This document shows, in pieces, positions 30,879-41,040 of a stretch of 64,000 nucleotides of DNA; positions within the stretch are counted from its first letter, which is position 1; each line of letters begins with the position of its first letter. The position numbers and the translations under genes are program-made. A model generated the notes under the pieces. That model searched no databases. It saw only the letters and a list, made by a program, of their open reading frames with translations, and was not told the origin of the DNA. Source of the DNA: an uncultured Gemmatimonadales bacterium (lineage in GTDB: Bacteria; Gemmatimonadota; Gemmatimonadetes; Gemmatimonadales; GWC2-71-9); contig CAWJMT010000032.1 in assembly GCA_963844035.1 (NCBI GenBank), positions 1-64,000 on the forward strand, in the 5' to 3' direction.

Positions 30879-33800
30879 GTGAGCGAGTTCGTGTTCGGCA
30901 CGCACAACGCCGCGTTCGTGCAGGTCATGTACGAGCAGTACCTCCGCGACCCGCAGTCGGTGGGTCCAGAGTGGCGTGAGCTGTTCGACAATGGGCGGCT
31001 GACCGAGTTGCCGGTCATTCCGACGACGGCGGCCGAAGTGGGGGTGGCGGCACCGCCGCCGCCCCCACCCTCGTTTCCGCCCGCACCGGTCGCGGCCGCA
31101 CCGGTCCCTGCCGCATCGATCGCTCCTGCACCGATCGCTCCCATACCGGTTGCTCCTGCAGCGATCGGCGCCGCTCCCACCACCACTACACGTCTTCCGC
31201 CACCGATCGTGGCGCCTTGATCGGCGCCTCCGGGCGGCTCGTCCAGAACATGGCGGACAGCCTCACGGTGCCAACCGCGACGTCGTTCCGCGACATCACG
31301 GTGGACGTGCTCGATGCGCAGCGCCGCTCCCTGAACAGCGCACTCGCGGCGCGCGGGCTGAAGGTCTCTTACACCCACTTGATCGGCTACGCGATCGTGC
31401 AGGCGGCGCGCGCCTTCACAATGATGACGCACGCGTTCCGGGACGTGGACGGCAAACCGTACCGCGTGGATCCCCAGGGGGTGCACCTCGGCATCGCGGT
31501 CGACGTCCAGAAGAGGGATGGGAGTCACGCGCTCGTCGTCCCGGTGATCAAACGGGCGGAGGCGATGGACTTTGCGACGTTCCACGCCGCCTACGAAGCC
31601 CTGATCCAGAAGGCCCGCTCCAATCGCCTCGTTCCGGACGATTTCACCGGCGGGACCATCACGCTCACGAACCCCGGGACACTCGGGACCATCGCATCCG
31701 TCCCGCGTCTCATGAAGGGTCAGGCATCGATCATCGCGACCGGCGCCATCCGGCAGATCGGCCCGGCGAAGGTTATGACGATCACGAGCACGTACGACCA
31801 CCGCGTGATCCAGGGCGCCGAATCCGGGATTGTTCCTGCAACGGCTCGAGGCGTTGCTGCAGGGGGAACAGGGGTTCTACGGCGCCGTGCTCAACAGTCT
31901 GGGTTTTGCGGGAGAAGCGATGCGGGCGCCGCCCGCCGCCACTCCGGTCGAACCGCAGATCGCTGAATCGAGCGTCACGCTCCCGGGTGCCCCACTCGCG
32001 TCGCTCGACGACCTGAAGCATGTCGCCGCCGCGATGGCGCTCGTGAAAGCGATCCGCAGCTTCGGGCACCTCGCGGCGCGGCTCGATCCGCTGGGCTCCG
32101 AGCCCCCCGGCGATCCGGCGCTCGATCCTGGACCGCTCGGCCTGACACCCGAGAACATGGCGCAGATCCCGGCCGAGGTGCTGCGCATCTATGTCCCGGG
32201 GCAGACCTTCGCCGAGGCCTACCCTGCGCTGCAGCACATCTACTGCAGCACCATCGCGTACGAGTTCGAGCACCTCGGGAGCCACCAGGAGCGCCTCTGG
32301 CTGCGCCAGGTGATCGAAGCCGGCGAGCATCGCAAGCCGCTCACCCCCGACGAGCAGCGCCGGCTGCTCGCGCGCTTGACGGCGGTCGAAACGCTCGAGC
32401 GGTTCCTGCACCAGCACCTACCTCGGCCAGAAACGGTTCTCGATCGAAGGACTCGATGTGCTGGTGCCGATGCTCGACCTGACGATCGAGCTGGCGGGCC
32501 TGGCCGGCGCGCGGCGGGTGGTGATGGGCATGGCGCATCGCGGCCGGCTCAACGTGCTGGCGCACGTCGTGGGGCTCCCCTACGAAACGATTTTTGCCGA
32601 GTTCGAGGGGGGCAGGCACGTGGAGGAGACCCTCACGCCGGCGGGCGGCACCGGCGACGTGAAGTACCACCACGGTGCCGACGGCGTGTACCAAACCGCG
32701 GCGGGGAAGCCGGTGAACATCACGCTCACGCCCAACCCGAGCCACCTCGAAGCCGTGAATCCCGTGGTTGAGGGTCGGGCCCGCGCGGGGCAGACCAATC
32801 GGCGCGGCAAGGACGCGCTGCACGACGGGACGGTCGCGCTGCCGGTGCTGATCCACGGCGACGCGTCGTTCGCCGCGCAGGGGGTGGTGGCCGAGACGTT
32901 CAACCTGGCGCGTCTCAAAGGGTACACCACCGGCGGGACGATCCACCTGATCACCAACAACCAGCTGGGCTTCACGACCGATTCGAAGGAAGCCCGCTCC
33001 ACGGACTACGCCAGCGATCTCGCCAAGGGATTCGACGTACCGATCGTTCACGTCAACGCCGACGACCCGGAGGCGTGCCTCGCCGCGGTGCAGCTCGCCA
33101 TGATGTTCCGCGCGCGGTTCCACGGTGACGTGGTGATCGACATCGTGGGTTATCGGCGCTACGGGCACAACGAAGGCGATGAGCCGGCGTACACGCAGCC
33201 GTTGATGTACGAGCGGATCAGGGAGGCACCCACGGTACGCCAGCGCTACCTCGAGCATTTGACGGCGCTCGCGGTGGTGGACCCGGAGCGCGCCGAGGCC
33301 GATGCCAAGCAGCTGAGCCAGCGCATGAGCGAGATCCAGCAGGCGCTCCGGGCTCACCTGACCCTGGACGTGAAGGGTGAAGAGCCGCAGCGCATCTCCG
33401 GCGGGCAGCAGCTCGTGGCCGAGCCCGACACCCGCGCCGCGGCCCAGCTGCTCACGGGTCTGAACGACCAGCTGCTGACGGTGCCGGCGGGGTTCACGAT
33501 CAATCCGAAGCTCAAGAAGCAGCTCGAGCGCCGCCGCACCGCCCTCACCGTGGCGGAGATCGAGTGGGCGCATGCGGAAGCGCTGGCGCTGGCGACTCTG
33601 GTGCACGAGGGGGTGGCGGTTCGCCTGACGGGACAAGACACCGCGCGCGGCACGTTCAGCCAGCGCCACATGGAGCTGCACGACGCCGTGACGGGGGAGC
33701 GCTACGCTCCCATCCAGCACCTGCCGGGCGCGCGCGCGCCATTCGAGCTGCACAACAGTCCGCTGTCCGAGTTCGCCTGCCTGGGATTCGAATACGGATA

Positions 33801-34599
33801 CGCGGCCGCGGCACCCGACACGCTGGTGCTGTGGGAGGCGCAATACGGCGACTTCTTCAACGTCGCCGAAGTCATCATCGATCAGTTCCTGATCGCCGGT
33901 CTCGCAAAATGGGGTCAGACCTCACGGCTCACGCTGCTGCTGCCGCACGGCTACGAAGGACAGGGGCCGGAGCACTCGAGCGCGCGGATCGAGCGGTTCC
34001 TGGCGCTCGGCGCCGACGGCAACATGCGCATCGCCAACTGCTCGACACCCGCGCAGTACTTCCATCTGTTGCGCCGCCAGGCGCGGCACACCGAGATGCG
34101 CCCGCTGGTCGTGTTCACGCCCAAGAGCCTGCTGCGGCTGCACCAGGCGGCGTCGCGGCTCGACGAGCTCACGAACGGCTCGTTCCGCCCGGTGTTGGAC
34201 GACGTCGCCGTCGGGAACCGCCGCGATGCCGTGCGCCGGCTCGTGCTGTGCAGTGGAAAAGTCTACTACGACCTGGTACTCTCCCCGGCGCGCGAAGCGG
34301 CGACCCACGTCGCCGTCGCCCGCGTCGAGCTGCTATACCCGTTCCCGGCGGTCGAGCTGGCCGAGCTGGTCGGACGTTACCCGAACGCTCAAGGAAATCG
34401 TATGGGTGCAGGAAGAGCCCCGCAACATGGGGCCGCAGAAGTTCATGATCCCGCAACTGCGGGGAATCGTTCCCGACCAACGATCACGCTGTCCGATATC
34501 GGGCGGCCTGCACGCTCCAGCCCGGCGGAGGGATATCCGGCTGCGCATCAGACCGAGCAGGCGAGGATCGTGGCCGCGGCGTTCGCGGGTCCGGCATGA
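30879..34599 (+). CDS. sucA: Multifunctional 2-oxoglutarate dehydrogenase E2-catalytic/E1 fusion (Kgd/OdhA type; frameshifted)
   Basis: N-terminal YEQY..DP.SV..EW, Pro/Ala linker, YDHRVIQGAESG, GMAHRGRLNVL, GDVKYH, HGDA ThDP motif, GHNEGDEP, LPHGYEGQGPEHSSAR. Confidence 0.93.
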
Positions 34600-35538
34600 A
34601 GACCGGGCGCTACGCACTCGGCCTGATCTTGCTCGTCGGCCTGGCGGCCGCGACGGGTCGCGCCCGGGTGGTCCACCGCTCACCCCCTTCCGGAGCCGCT
34701 GCAGGAGATCAACGCCGCGGTGCTCGATGGGAAGATCTACATCGCGGGCGGGCTCGGTAAAGGCAACAGCCCAACGACGCACGCGTATCGCTACGACCCG
34801 AACACAGACACCTGGGAACGTATTGCGGATCTCCCCGATGTGCGGCACCGCATGCCGCTCGCGGTCGTGCACGACACACTGTATGCCGTGGGCGGCATGG
34901 GGGCCGCCAATCCGTTCATGGGCCAGGCAACGCTGTGGGCCTACCTCCGGGATCAGAACGTCTGGTCGAAGCGGGCGCCACTTCCGATAGCGCGCGGGGC
35001 GTCGGGCGTCGCAGAAGTCAATGGCGAGCTCGTCGTGGTAGGCGGCCTCAGGTTCCCCGCGTTGGGAGGCTTGGCGGTCGCAACGGCGATCTACGACCCC
35101 GCCACCAACGCATGGCGCAGCGGGAAACCGATCCCCACGCTCCGCGACCATCTCACGGCGCAAAGCGTGGGAGGAATCGTGTACGCCATCGGCGGGCGGC
35201 CGGTCGATCCCGATCAGAACTACAGGGTCGTCGAAGCCTACGACCCCAAGACCGACCGATGGAGCACGAAGGACTCGATGCCCACGGCGCGGGCCGACAT
35301 CGGCTCCGCAGTGGTGGACGGGAAGATTCATGTGTTTGGAGGGGAGTCGCGGGCTGGAGTGTTTGCTGAGCACGAGGTGTACGACCCCGCCACCAATAGC
35401 TGGAGCGCCGCGCTTCCCCTGCCCGTTGGCCGTCACGGACTCGGCGTCGCGACCGTCGGAGGGAAGATCTACGTCATCGGAGGTGCGCCGCGTCCCATGT
35501 ACGGCCAGACGGACGTGGTGGACGTCTTCACGCCCTAG
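34596..35538 (+). CDS. Kelch-repeat beta-propeller protein (secreted; 5' frameshift)
   Basis: Repeated GKIY..GG ... YDP.T..W units. Confidence 0.9.
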
Positions 35539-35557
35539 GGGCGCATAGATTTCGCAC

Positions 35558-36127
35558 ATGCTCGACTTCCGCCTCATCGCGCGCTGGCTCGTGTTCGCCG
35601 TGTTCTGCGGCGCAGTGGTCGTCTCGGTGGCGTCGTGGGTGGTTCGCAGCCGGCGCCTGTCGCCCTTCAGCGCTCTGAACCGCTGGTTGCGGTCGCTGAG
35701 CGACCCGATCCTGCGTCCGGTCGAGGCGCGCGTGGTGCGGGCGGGCGGCACCCCGACACAGGCCGGGTGGTGGCTCGTCATCGGCGTCGCGGTGGTGGGC
35801 GTCGTGCTGCTGTCGCTGCTCGACTGGGCGACGAGCATCATCCTGCAGATTGCCGCCGCCGCGGACGGCGGCCCACGCGCCGTACTGCGCCTCGCGTCGT
35901 ACGTGGCCTACAACGTGTTCTTCATCGCGCTGCTCGTGCGGGTGTTCGGGTCCTGGTTCGGGGCGTTTCGCTACTCGCGCTGGATGCGGCCCGCGTACCT
36001 GCTCACCGACTGGCTGGTGGAGCCGCTGCGACGCGCCCTTCCGCCATTGGGAATGTTCGACCTGAGCCCGCTTGCCGCCCTGTTCGTCCTGTGGGCCATC
36101 GAGTGGCTGCTGCTCTCCTTCATCTGA
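35558..36127 (+). CDS. YggT family membrane protein
   Basis: SDPILRP, TDWLVEPLRR.LPP.GMFDLSP. Confidence 0.85.
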   Translation: MLDFRLIARWLVFAVFCGAVVVSVASWVVRSRRLSPFSALNRWLRSLSDPILRPVEARVVRAGGTPTQAGWWLVIGVAVVGVVLLSLLDWATSIILQIAAAADGGPRAVLRLASYVAYNVFFIALLVRVFGSWFGAFRYSRWMRPAYLLTDWLVEPLRRALPPLGMFDLSPLAALFVLWAIEWLLLSFI

Positions 36128-36130
36128 CGC

Positions 36131-36403
36131 GTGGGTACGGTGGCGCTGCACATCGTCCCGCGCGCGCGCGCGACCGCGGTCGCCGGCACGCATGGTGACG
36201 CCGTGAAGATCCGCGTCGCGGCCCCGCCCGTCGATGGCGCCGCGAATGCCGAGCTGGTGCGCTTCCTCGCCGCCCGTCTCAAGGTCGCGGCGGCGCGGGT
36301 ATCGATCGTTGGGGGCGCGGGCGGGCGCCGCAAGAACGTGCAGGTCGAGGGAATGGAAGCAGCGGAGATCAGCGGAGCGTTGCTGGACTCCGTGACCCGG
36401 TGA
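36131..36403 (+). CDS. DUF167 (YggU) family protein
   Basis: KIRVAAPPVDGAAN.EL..FLA, follows yggT. Confidence 0.9.
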   Translation: MGTVALHIVPRARATAVAGTHGDAVKIRVAAPPVDGAANAELVRFLAARLKVAAARVSIVGGAGGRRKNVQVEGMEAAEISGALLDSVTR

Positions 36404-36564
36404 ACCGGCTCAAGTGGCTCGATCAATATGGCGGTCGCGACCGTGGTGGGACGGTTGTCAGCGTTGCGGCCGAGAAGGTGCTCGGCCCCTGGGGAATGAT
36501 TCTCGGCTTCATTGTGGGCGGACTGGCCGGCTGGTGGGTGGCGCAGCGGTACGTCGACTTCTAG
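36400..36564 (+). CDS. Small membrane protein (frameshift near 36421; not in ORF track)
   Basis: GTGA overlap; MNRLKWL / INMAVATVVGTVVSVAAEKVLGPWGMILGFIVGGLAGWWVAQRYVDF*. Confidence 0.6.
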   Translation: MNRLKWLDQYGGRDRGGTVVSVAAEKVLGPWGMILGFIVGGLAGWWVAQRYVDF

Positions 36565-36616
36565 GCGTCAGCCTTCAGCGCTCTCTGAGCGCTGACGCCT
36601 GACTGCTGACGGCTTA
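36564..36616. repeat. Heptamer (CTGACGC-like) inverted tandem arrays overlapping cydB 3' end
   Basis: ggcgtca gccttca gcgctct / ctgagcg ctgacgc ctgactg ctgacgg. Confidence 0.7.
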
Positions 36617-37611
36617 AAAATTCGAAACAAGTAGTACAGCGACGGAAACAGAATCAGCCCACCCAGCCCGACGGCGCCGAGTGCCAGCTTGAGGGTGATG
36701 GCCGGCGCTGCCGTGCCCTCGATGGTGTAGTCGGGCGGAACGAGATAGGGATACTGCGCGAGTGCCCAGCCCCACAGGATGAGCGACACTTCGCCCGCCG
36801 CGGCGATACGGGCCAAGCGCCACCGCCGGAGCCAGAGCGCGATGAGCCCGCCCAGGGCCGCAACGCCGGTCAGCAGGTGCAGCGGTGACACCCACGGCGC
36901 GCCGAGCAGTCCTTCCTGCAGCGACGGCGCCACGCCGCGCGACAGTGCGAGGGCCACGACACCGGTGACCATCACGGCGATACCGGCAACGATCCCCCGG
37001 CGACGGAAGTCGTCCTGCAGCGCGCGATCGTCGGACTCGAGCGTCAGGTATACCGCGGCCAGCAGTGCGAAGCAGGCGAGCGCGAACACGCCCACTGACA
37101 TCGCGAAGGGACTGAGCCAGGGCGTGACGTAGGTGCCGACGAAACCCGTCCGCTCGTCCCTCTTCCCTCTTCCCCGATCGTTCCCTCCTGCGATCGCTCC
37201 CACCGCCATTCCCAGGAGGAGCGGGGTCACGACGCTTGCACCCGCGAACAGCCCGCCCCAGTTGCGCTGGACCTCGTCGCGCTGGCCGCCGTAGCTCCGG
37301 AACGCGAACGCCGATCCACGCAGCACGATCCCGATCAGCGCCAGCGAGAGCGGGATGTGCAGCCGGATGCTCAAGTGCGCGAACACCGCCGGGAAGCAGG
37401 AGAAGAGCAGCACCATCGCGAGGATCAACCAGACGTGGTTCGCTTCCCACACCGGCCCGATCGCCTCCTCGACGAGGTGGCGCTGCTCGTGTTTGCGCGG
37501 CCCACTGGCGAGCAGGTCCCACACGCCGCCGCCGAAGTCGGCGCCGGCGAGCAGCACGTAGGCGTTCAGCGATATGAGGATCAGTCCAGCCAGGAGCTCC
37601 GCGAGCGTCAC
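36568..37611 (-). CDS. cydB: Cytochrome bd oxidase subunit II
   Basis: GADFGGG, IGPVWEANHVWLI, FP, LRGSAFAFR, QYPYL. Confidence 0.93.
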   Translation of the reverse strand: MTLAELLAGLILISLNAYVLLAGADFGGGVWDLLASGPRKHEQRHLVEEAIGPVWEANHVWLILAMVLLFSCFPAVFAHLSIRLHIPLSLALIGIVLRGSAFAFRSYGGQRDEVQRNWGGLFAGASVVTPLLLGMAVGAIAGGNDRGRGKRDERTGFVGTYVTPWLSPFAMSVGVFALACFALLAAVYLTLESDDRALQDDFRRRGIVAGIAVMVTGVVALALSRGVAPSLQEGLLGAPWVSPLHLLTGVAALGGLIALWLRRWRLARIAAAGEVSLILWGWALAQYPYLVPPDYTIEGTAAPAITLKLALGAVGLGGLILFPSLYYLFRIFKPSAVRRQRSESAEG

Positions 37612-39005
37612 CCTTCCCCCTTCCCCCTTCCCACTTCCCCCGGCGTTGTCATAAACCGCCACACCGACTCCGGCACGTTGGGACTGCGCACGATCTGGCG
37701 ATACAACAGCCACCCCACGATCACGCCGAGAAAGCAGTAGAGCAGCGTGAACAGGACGAATGGCACCACCAGTCCGGGCATCGGCGTGACGGCATCGCGG
37801 GTCCGCAGCACGCCCTGGATCACCCACGGCTGGCGTCCCAGCTCGGTCGTCATCCATCCCGCCTCGGTCGCGATGAACCCCATCGGGGTAGCGACAACTG
37901 ATCGCCCACATCAGCCAGCGGTTTTCAGCGACAGCACCACCCGTCCCCCCTCCCCCGTCCCTCTTCCCTCGTCTCCACGCCACCCAACCGGCCCACAGCG
38001 CCACGACGCGCCATGTAGCTCCCGAGCGCCACCATGAGCTCGAACGACCAGTGCACCGCCATGCACGTTGGGCCAATCGCTCGCGCGGGATCGCGTCCAA
38101 GCCCTTCACTTCGGCGTGAGGGTCGTGGAACGCGAGCAGCGAGAGTCCATAGGGGATGCGCAGCGCGAACCGCGTCGTGCCCGTGGCCACGTCCGGCCAT
38201 CCCCCCAGGACGAGCGGCGCCCCGCGCTCGGTGCGAAACACGAGCTCCATCGCGGCGAGTTTCGCCGGCTGGTAGCGCGCCACCTGGCGGGCGGCCAGGT
38301 CCCCGGAGAGCGGCTGCAACGCGGCAGCCGGGAGCGCCGACCAGCAGCGCGATCGCGAGCGCCCGGCGATGGAACGCGTTCGCCGGAGTCCTTGAGCAGG
38401 AGGAACGCGTGAATCCCGGCGACGGCGAACCCGGTCGCCGCATACGCCGCCAGCGTCATGTGAATGGTCTGCGACAACGCCGCCGGATTGAGCATCGCGG
38501 CGATCGGGTCCACGTTGGTCACCACCCCGTTCACCAGGTCGAAGCCGGTGGGGGTGTTCATCCACGCGTTGGCGATGACGACGGTGATTCCCGATACGGC
38601 GCCGCTCACCGCCACCAGCACGCCGGCAAAGAGGTGGGCGCGCGGCGAAATGCGGTCCCAGCCGTACAAATAGATTCCCAGGAAGATCGCCTCCATGAAG
38701 AAGGCGAATCCCTCGAGCGAGAACGGCATTCCGATGATGGGGCCCGCGAACCGCATGAAGCCGGGCCACAGCAGGCCCAGCTCGAACGACAGCACCGTGC
38801 CCGACACGGCGCCCACCGCGAACAGAATCGCGGTGCCCTTCGCCCAGCGCTGCGCCAGCTCATAGTAGATCTCGTCGCCGGTCGCGAGCCAGCGCCGCTC
38901 CGCCACCACCATGAGCGCCGGCATGCCGATGCCGACGAGGGCGAAGATGATGTGAAACGCGAGCGACGTCCCCATCTGGGAGCGGGCGGCGAGGAGGTCG
39001 GGCAT
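37608..39005 (-). CDS. cydA: Cytochrome bd oxidase subunit I (frameshifted)
   Basis: AFHIIF, GTVLSFE, FFMEAIF, NAWMNTP, QPAKLAAME, GWMTTELGRQPW. Confidence 0.95.
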
Positions 39006-39200
39006 GCGCACCAAGATAAGTGGGGAGTTACGATTCCCAAGATCAGTTGCTAGATTCGGAATCGACAATTGCTGCTCCGTGGCGATTTAAGGCGTATTGC
39101 GGCCACGTAAAACATTCCGCTAAAAAGCCGGCCCGCACGGCTTTTACACGCTGTGACGGGATTTTCTTTTAGGGGAAGAGGGATGGGGGAAGGGGGAAGT

Positions 39201-41040
39201 GTGGCTGACGTAACGTTGCGAGCGCTGTTGGATGATGGGAAGGTGCACGTCCTCGATGGGGCGATGGGGACGATGCTGTACGGCAAGGGATACTTCCTGA
39301 ACGTCTGTTACGACGAGCTGAACATCAAGCAGCCGAAGCTCGTGCAGGATGTCCACGAGGCCTACGTCCGCGCCGGCGCCGAGATTCTCGAGACCAACAC
39401 GTTCGGCGCGAACCCGCTCAAGCTCGCCACGTACGGGCTTGCCGACGACACCGAGAAGATCAACCAGGCGGCCGCCGAGCTCGCGCGCAAAGCCGCGGAC
39501 GGGCGAGCCAGCGTGACCGGCGCCATCGGACCGCTGGGTGTCCGGCTCGAGCCGTTCGGCCCGACCTCCAAAGAAGAAGCGTTCGCGCTGTTCCAGCGCC
39601 AGGTGAGGGGCTGCTCGCCGGGGGCGTGGACGGCTTTGTGCTCGAGACGTTCAGCGACGTGCTCGAGATTCACGAAGCGTTGCGGGCTGTACGCAGTCTG
39701 TCCGACCTGCCGGTGATCGCCCAGATGACCATCGGCACCGACGGCCTGACGCACTACGGCACCGAGCCGGCGGCGTTCACGAAGCAGCTCGCCGAATGGG
39801 GCGCTGACGTCATCGGCGTGAATTGCTCGGTCGGACCGGCTGGCCTGCTCGAAGCGGTCGAGAAGATGGTCAAGGTCACCGATCGGCCGATCTCCGCCGT
39901 GCCGAACGCCGGGCTCCCGAAGGACGTGGGCGACCGCAAGATCTACCTGGCGAGCCCCGAGCACATGGCGACGTACGCGCGCCGCATGATCGAAGCCGGC
40001 GCGCGCTTTGTGGGCGGCTGCTGCGGCACGACGCCGGAGCACATCAAGAAGATCCGCGACTACGTCGCGAGCGTCGTGCCGCGCCACCAGCCGGCGGTCG
40101 TCTCGCGCGTGACGCGTCGCCGCCCCCGCCGGCGTCGTGGCGGTGCCACTCGCCCAGCGCTCCCGCTTCGGCGCGAAGCTCGCCAAGGGCGAGCTCGTGA
40201 CGAGCGTCGAGATCGTCCCCCCCAAGGGAATGGATCCGACGCCGATGTTCGAGCAATGCCGCGCGCTCAAAGCGGCGGGCGTGGATGCCGTCAACGTGCC
40301 CGATGGGCCGCGCGCGCAGAGCCGCATGGGGGCGCTGCTCTCATCGGTGATCATCGAGCGCGAAGTCGGGATCGAGACGGTCACCCACTACTCCTGCCGC
40401 GACCGCAATCTGCTCGGCATGCTGTCGGACGTGCTCGGCGCCGCGGCCGCCGGCCTGCGCAACCTGCTCATCGTCACCGGCGATCCGCCGAAGATGGGTC
40501 CCTACCCCGAGGCGACCGCGGTCTTCGACATCGATTCGATCGGGCTCACCAACCTGGTGTATCGCTTGAACCACGGGCTCGACCCGGGCGGCAACCCGAT
40601 CGGCAAGCCGACGCAGTTCGCCATCGGCGTGGGCGTGAACCCGGCCGCGCCCGACCAGGAGCGCGAGCTGTCGCGCTTCGCGTGGAAAGTGGACGCGGGC
40701 GCGGAGTTCGCCGTCACGCAGCCGGTGTTCGATCCCGAGCAGCTCGAGGCGTTCCTGCGCAAGGTCGAGCAGTTCCGCATTCCCATCGTGGCGGGGATCT
40801 GGCCGCTGCTCTCGCTCCGCAACGCCGAGTTCCTCGCGAACGAGGTGCCGGGAGTCTCCGTCCCTGACAGCGTGCTGGCGCGGATGCGAAAAGCGAGCGA
40901 CGGCGGGAAGGAAGCGATGCTCGCCGAAGGCGTGAAGATCGCCCGCGAGATGTTCGGCGCTCGTCAAGAAGGAGGTACAGGGAATCCAGGTGAGCGCCCC
41001 GTTCGGGCGGGTGGAGGTGGCGCTGGAGGTGTTCAAGTAG
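39201..41040 (+). CDS. Bifunctional homocysteine S-methyltransferase / methylenetetrahydrofolate reductase (YitJ-like; frameshifted)
   Basis: DGAMGT, ETNTFGAN, GVNCSVGP, GGCCGTTPEHI, VEIVPPKG, CRDRN, TGDPPK, TQPVFD; C-terminus APFGRVEVALEVFK*. Confidence 0.92.

Noticed and set aside
36568..38769. Apparent CydA-CydB fusion ORF
   Set aside because: The CydA C-terminus (GWMTTELGRQPW) is in a different frame ending at 37608; the fusion arises from indels
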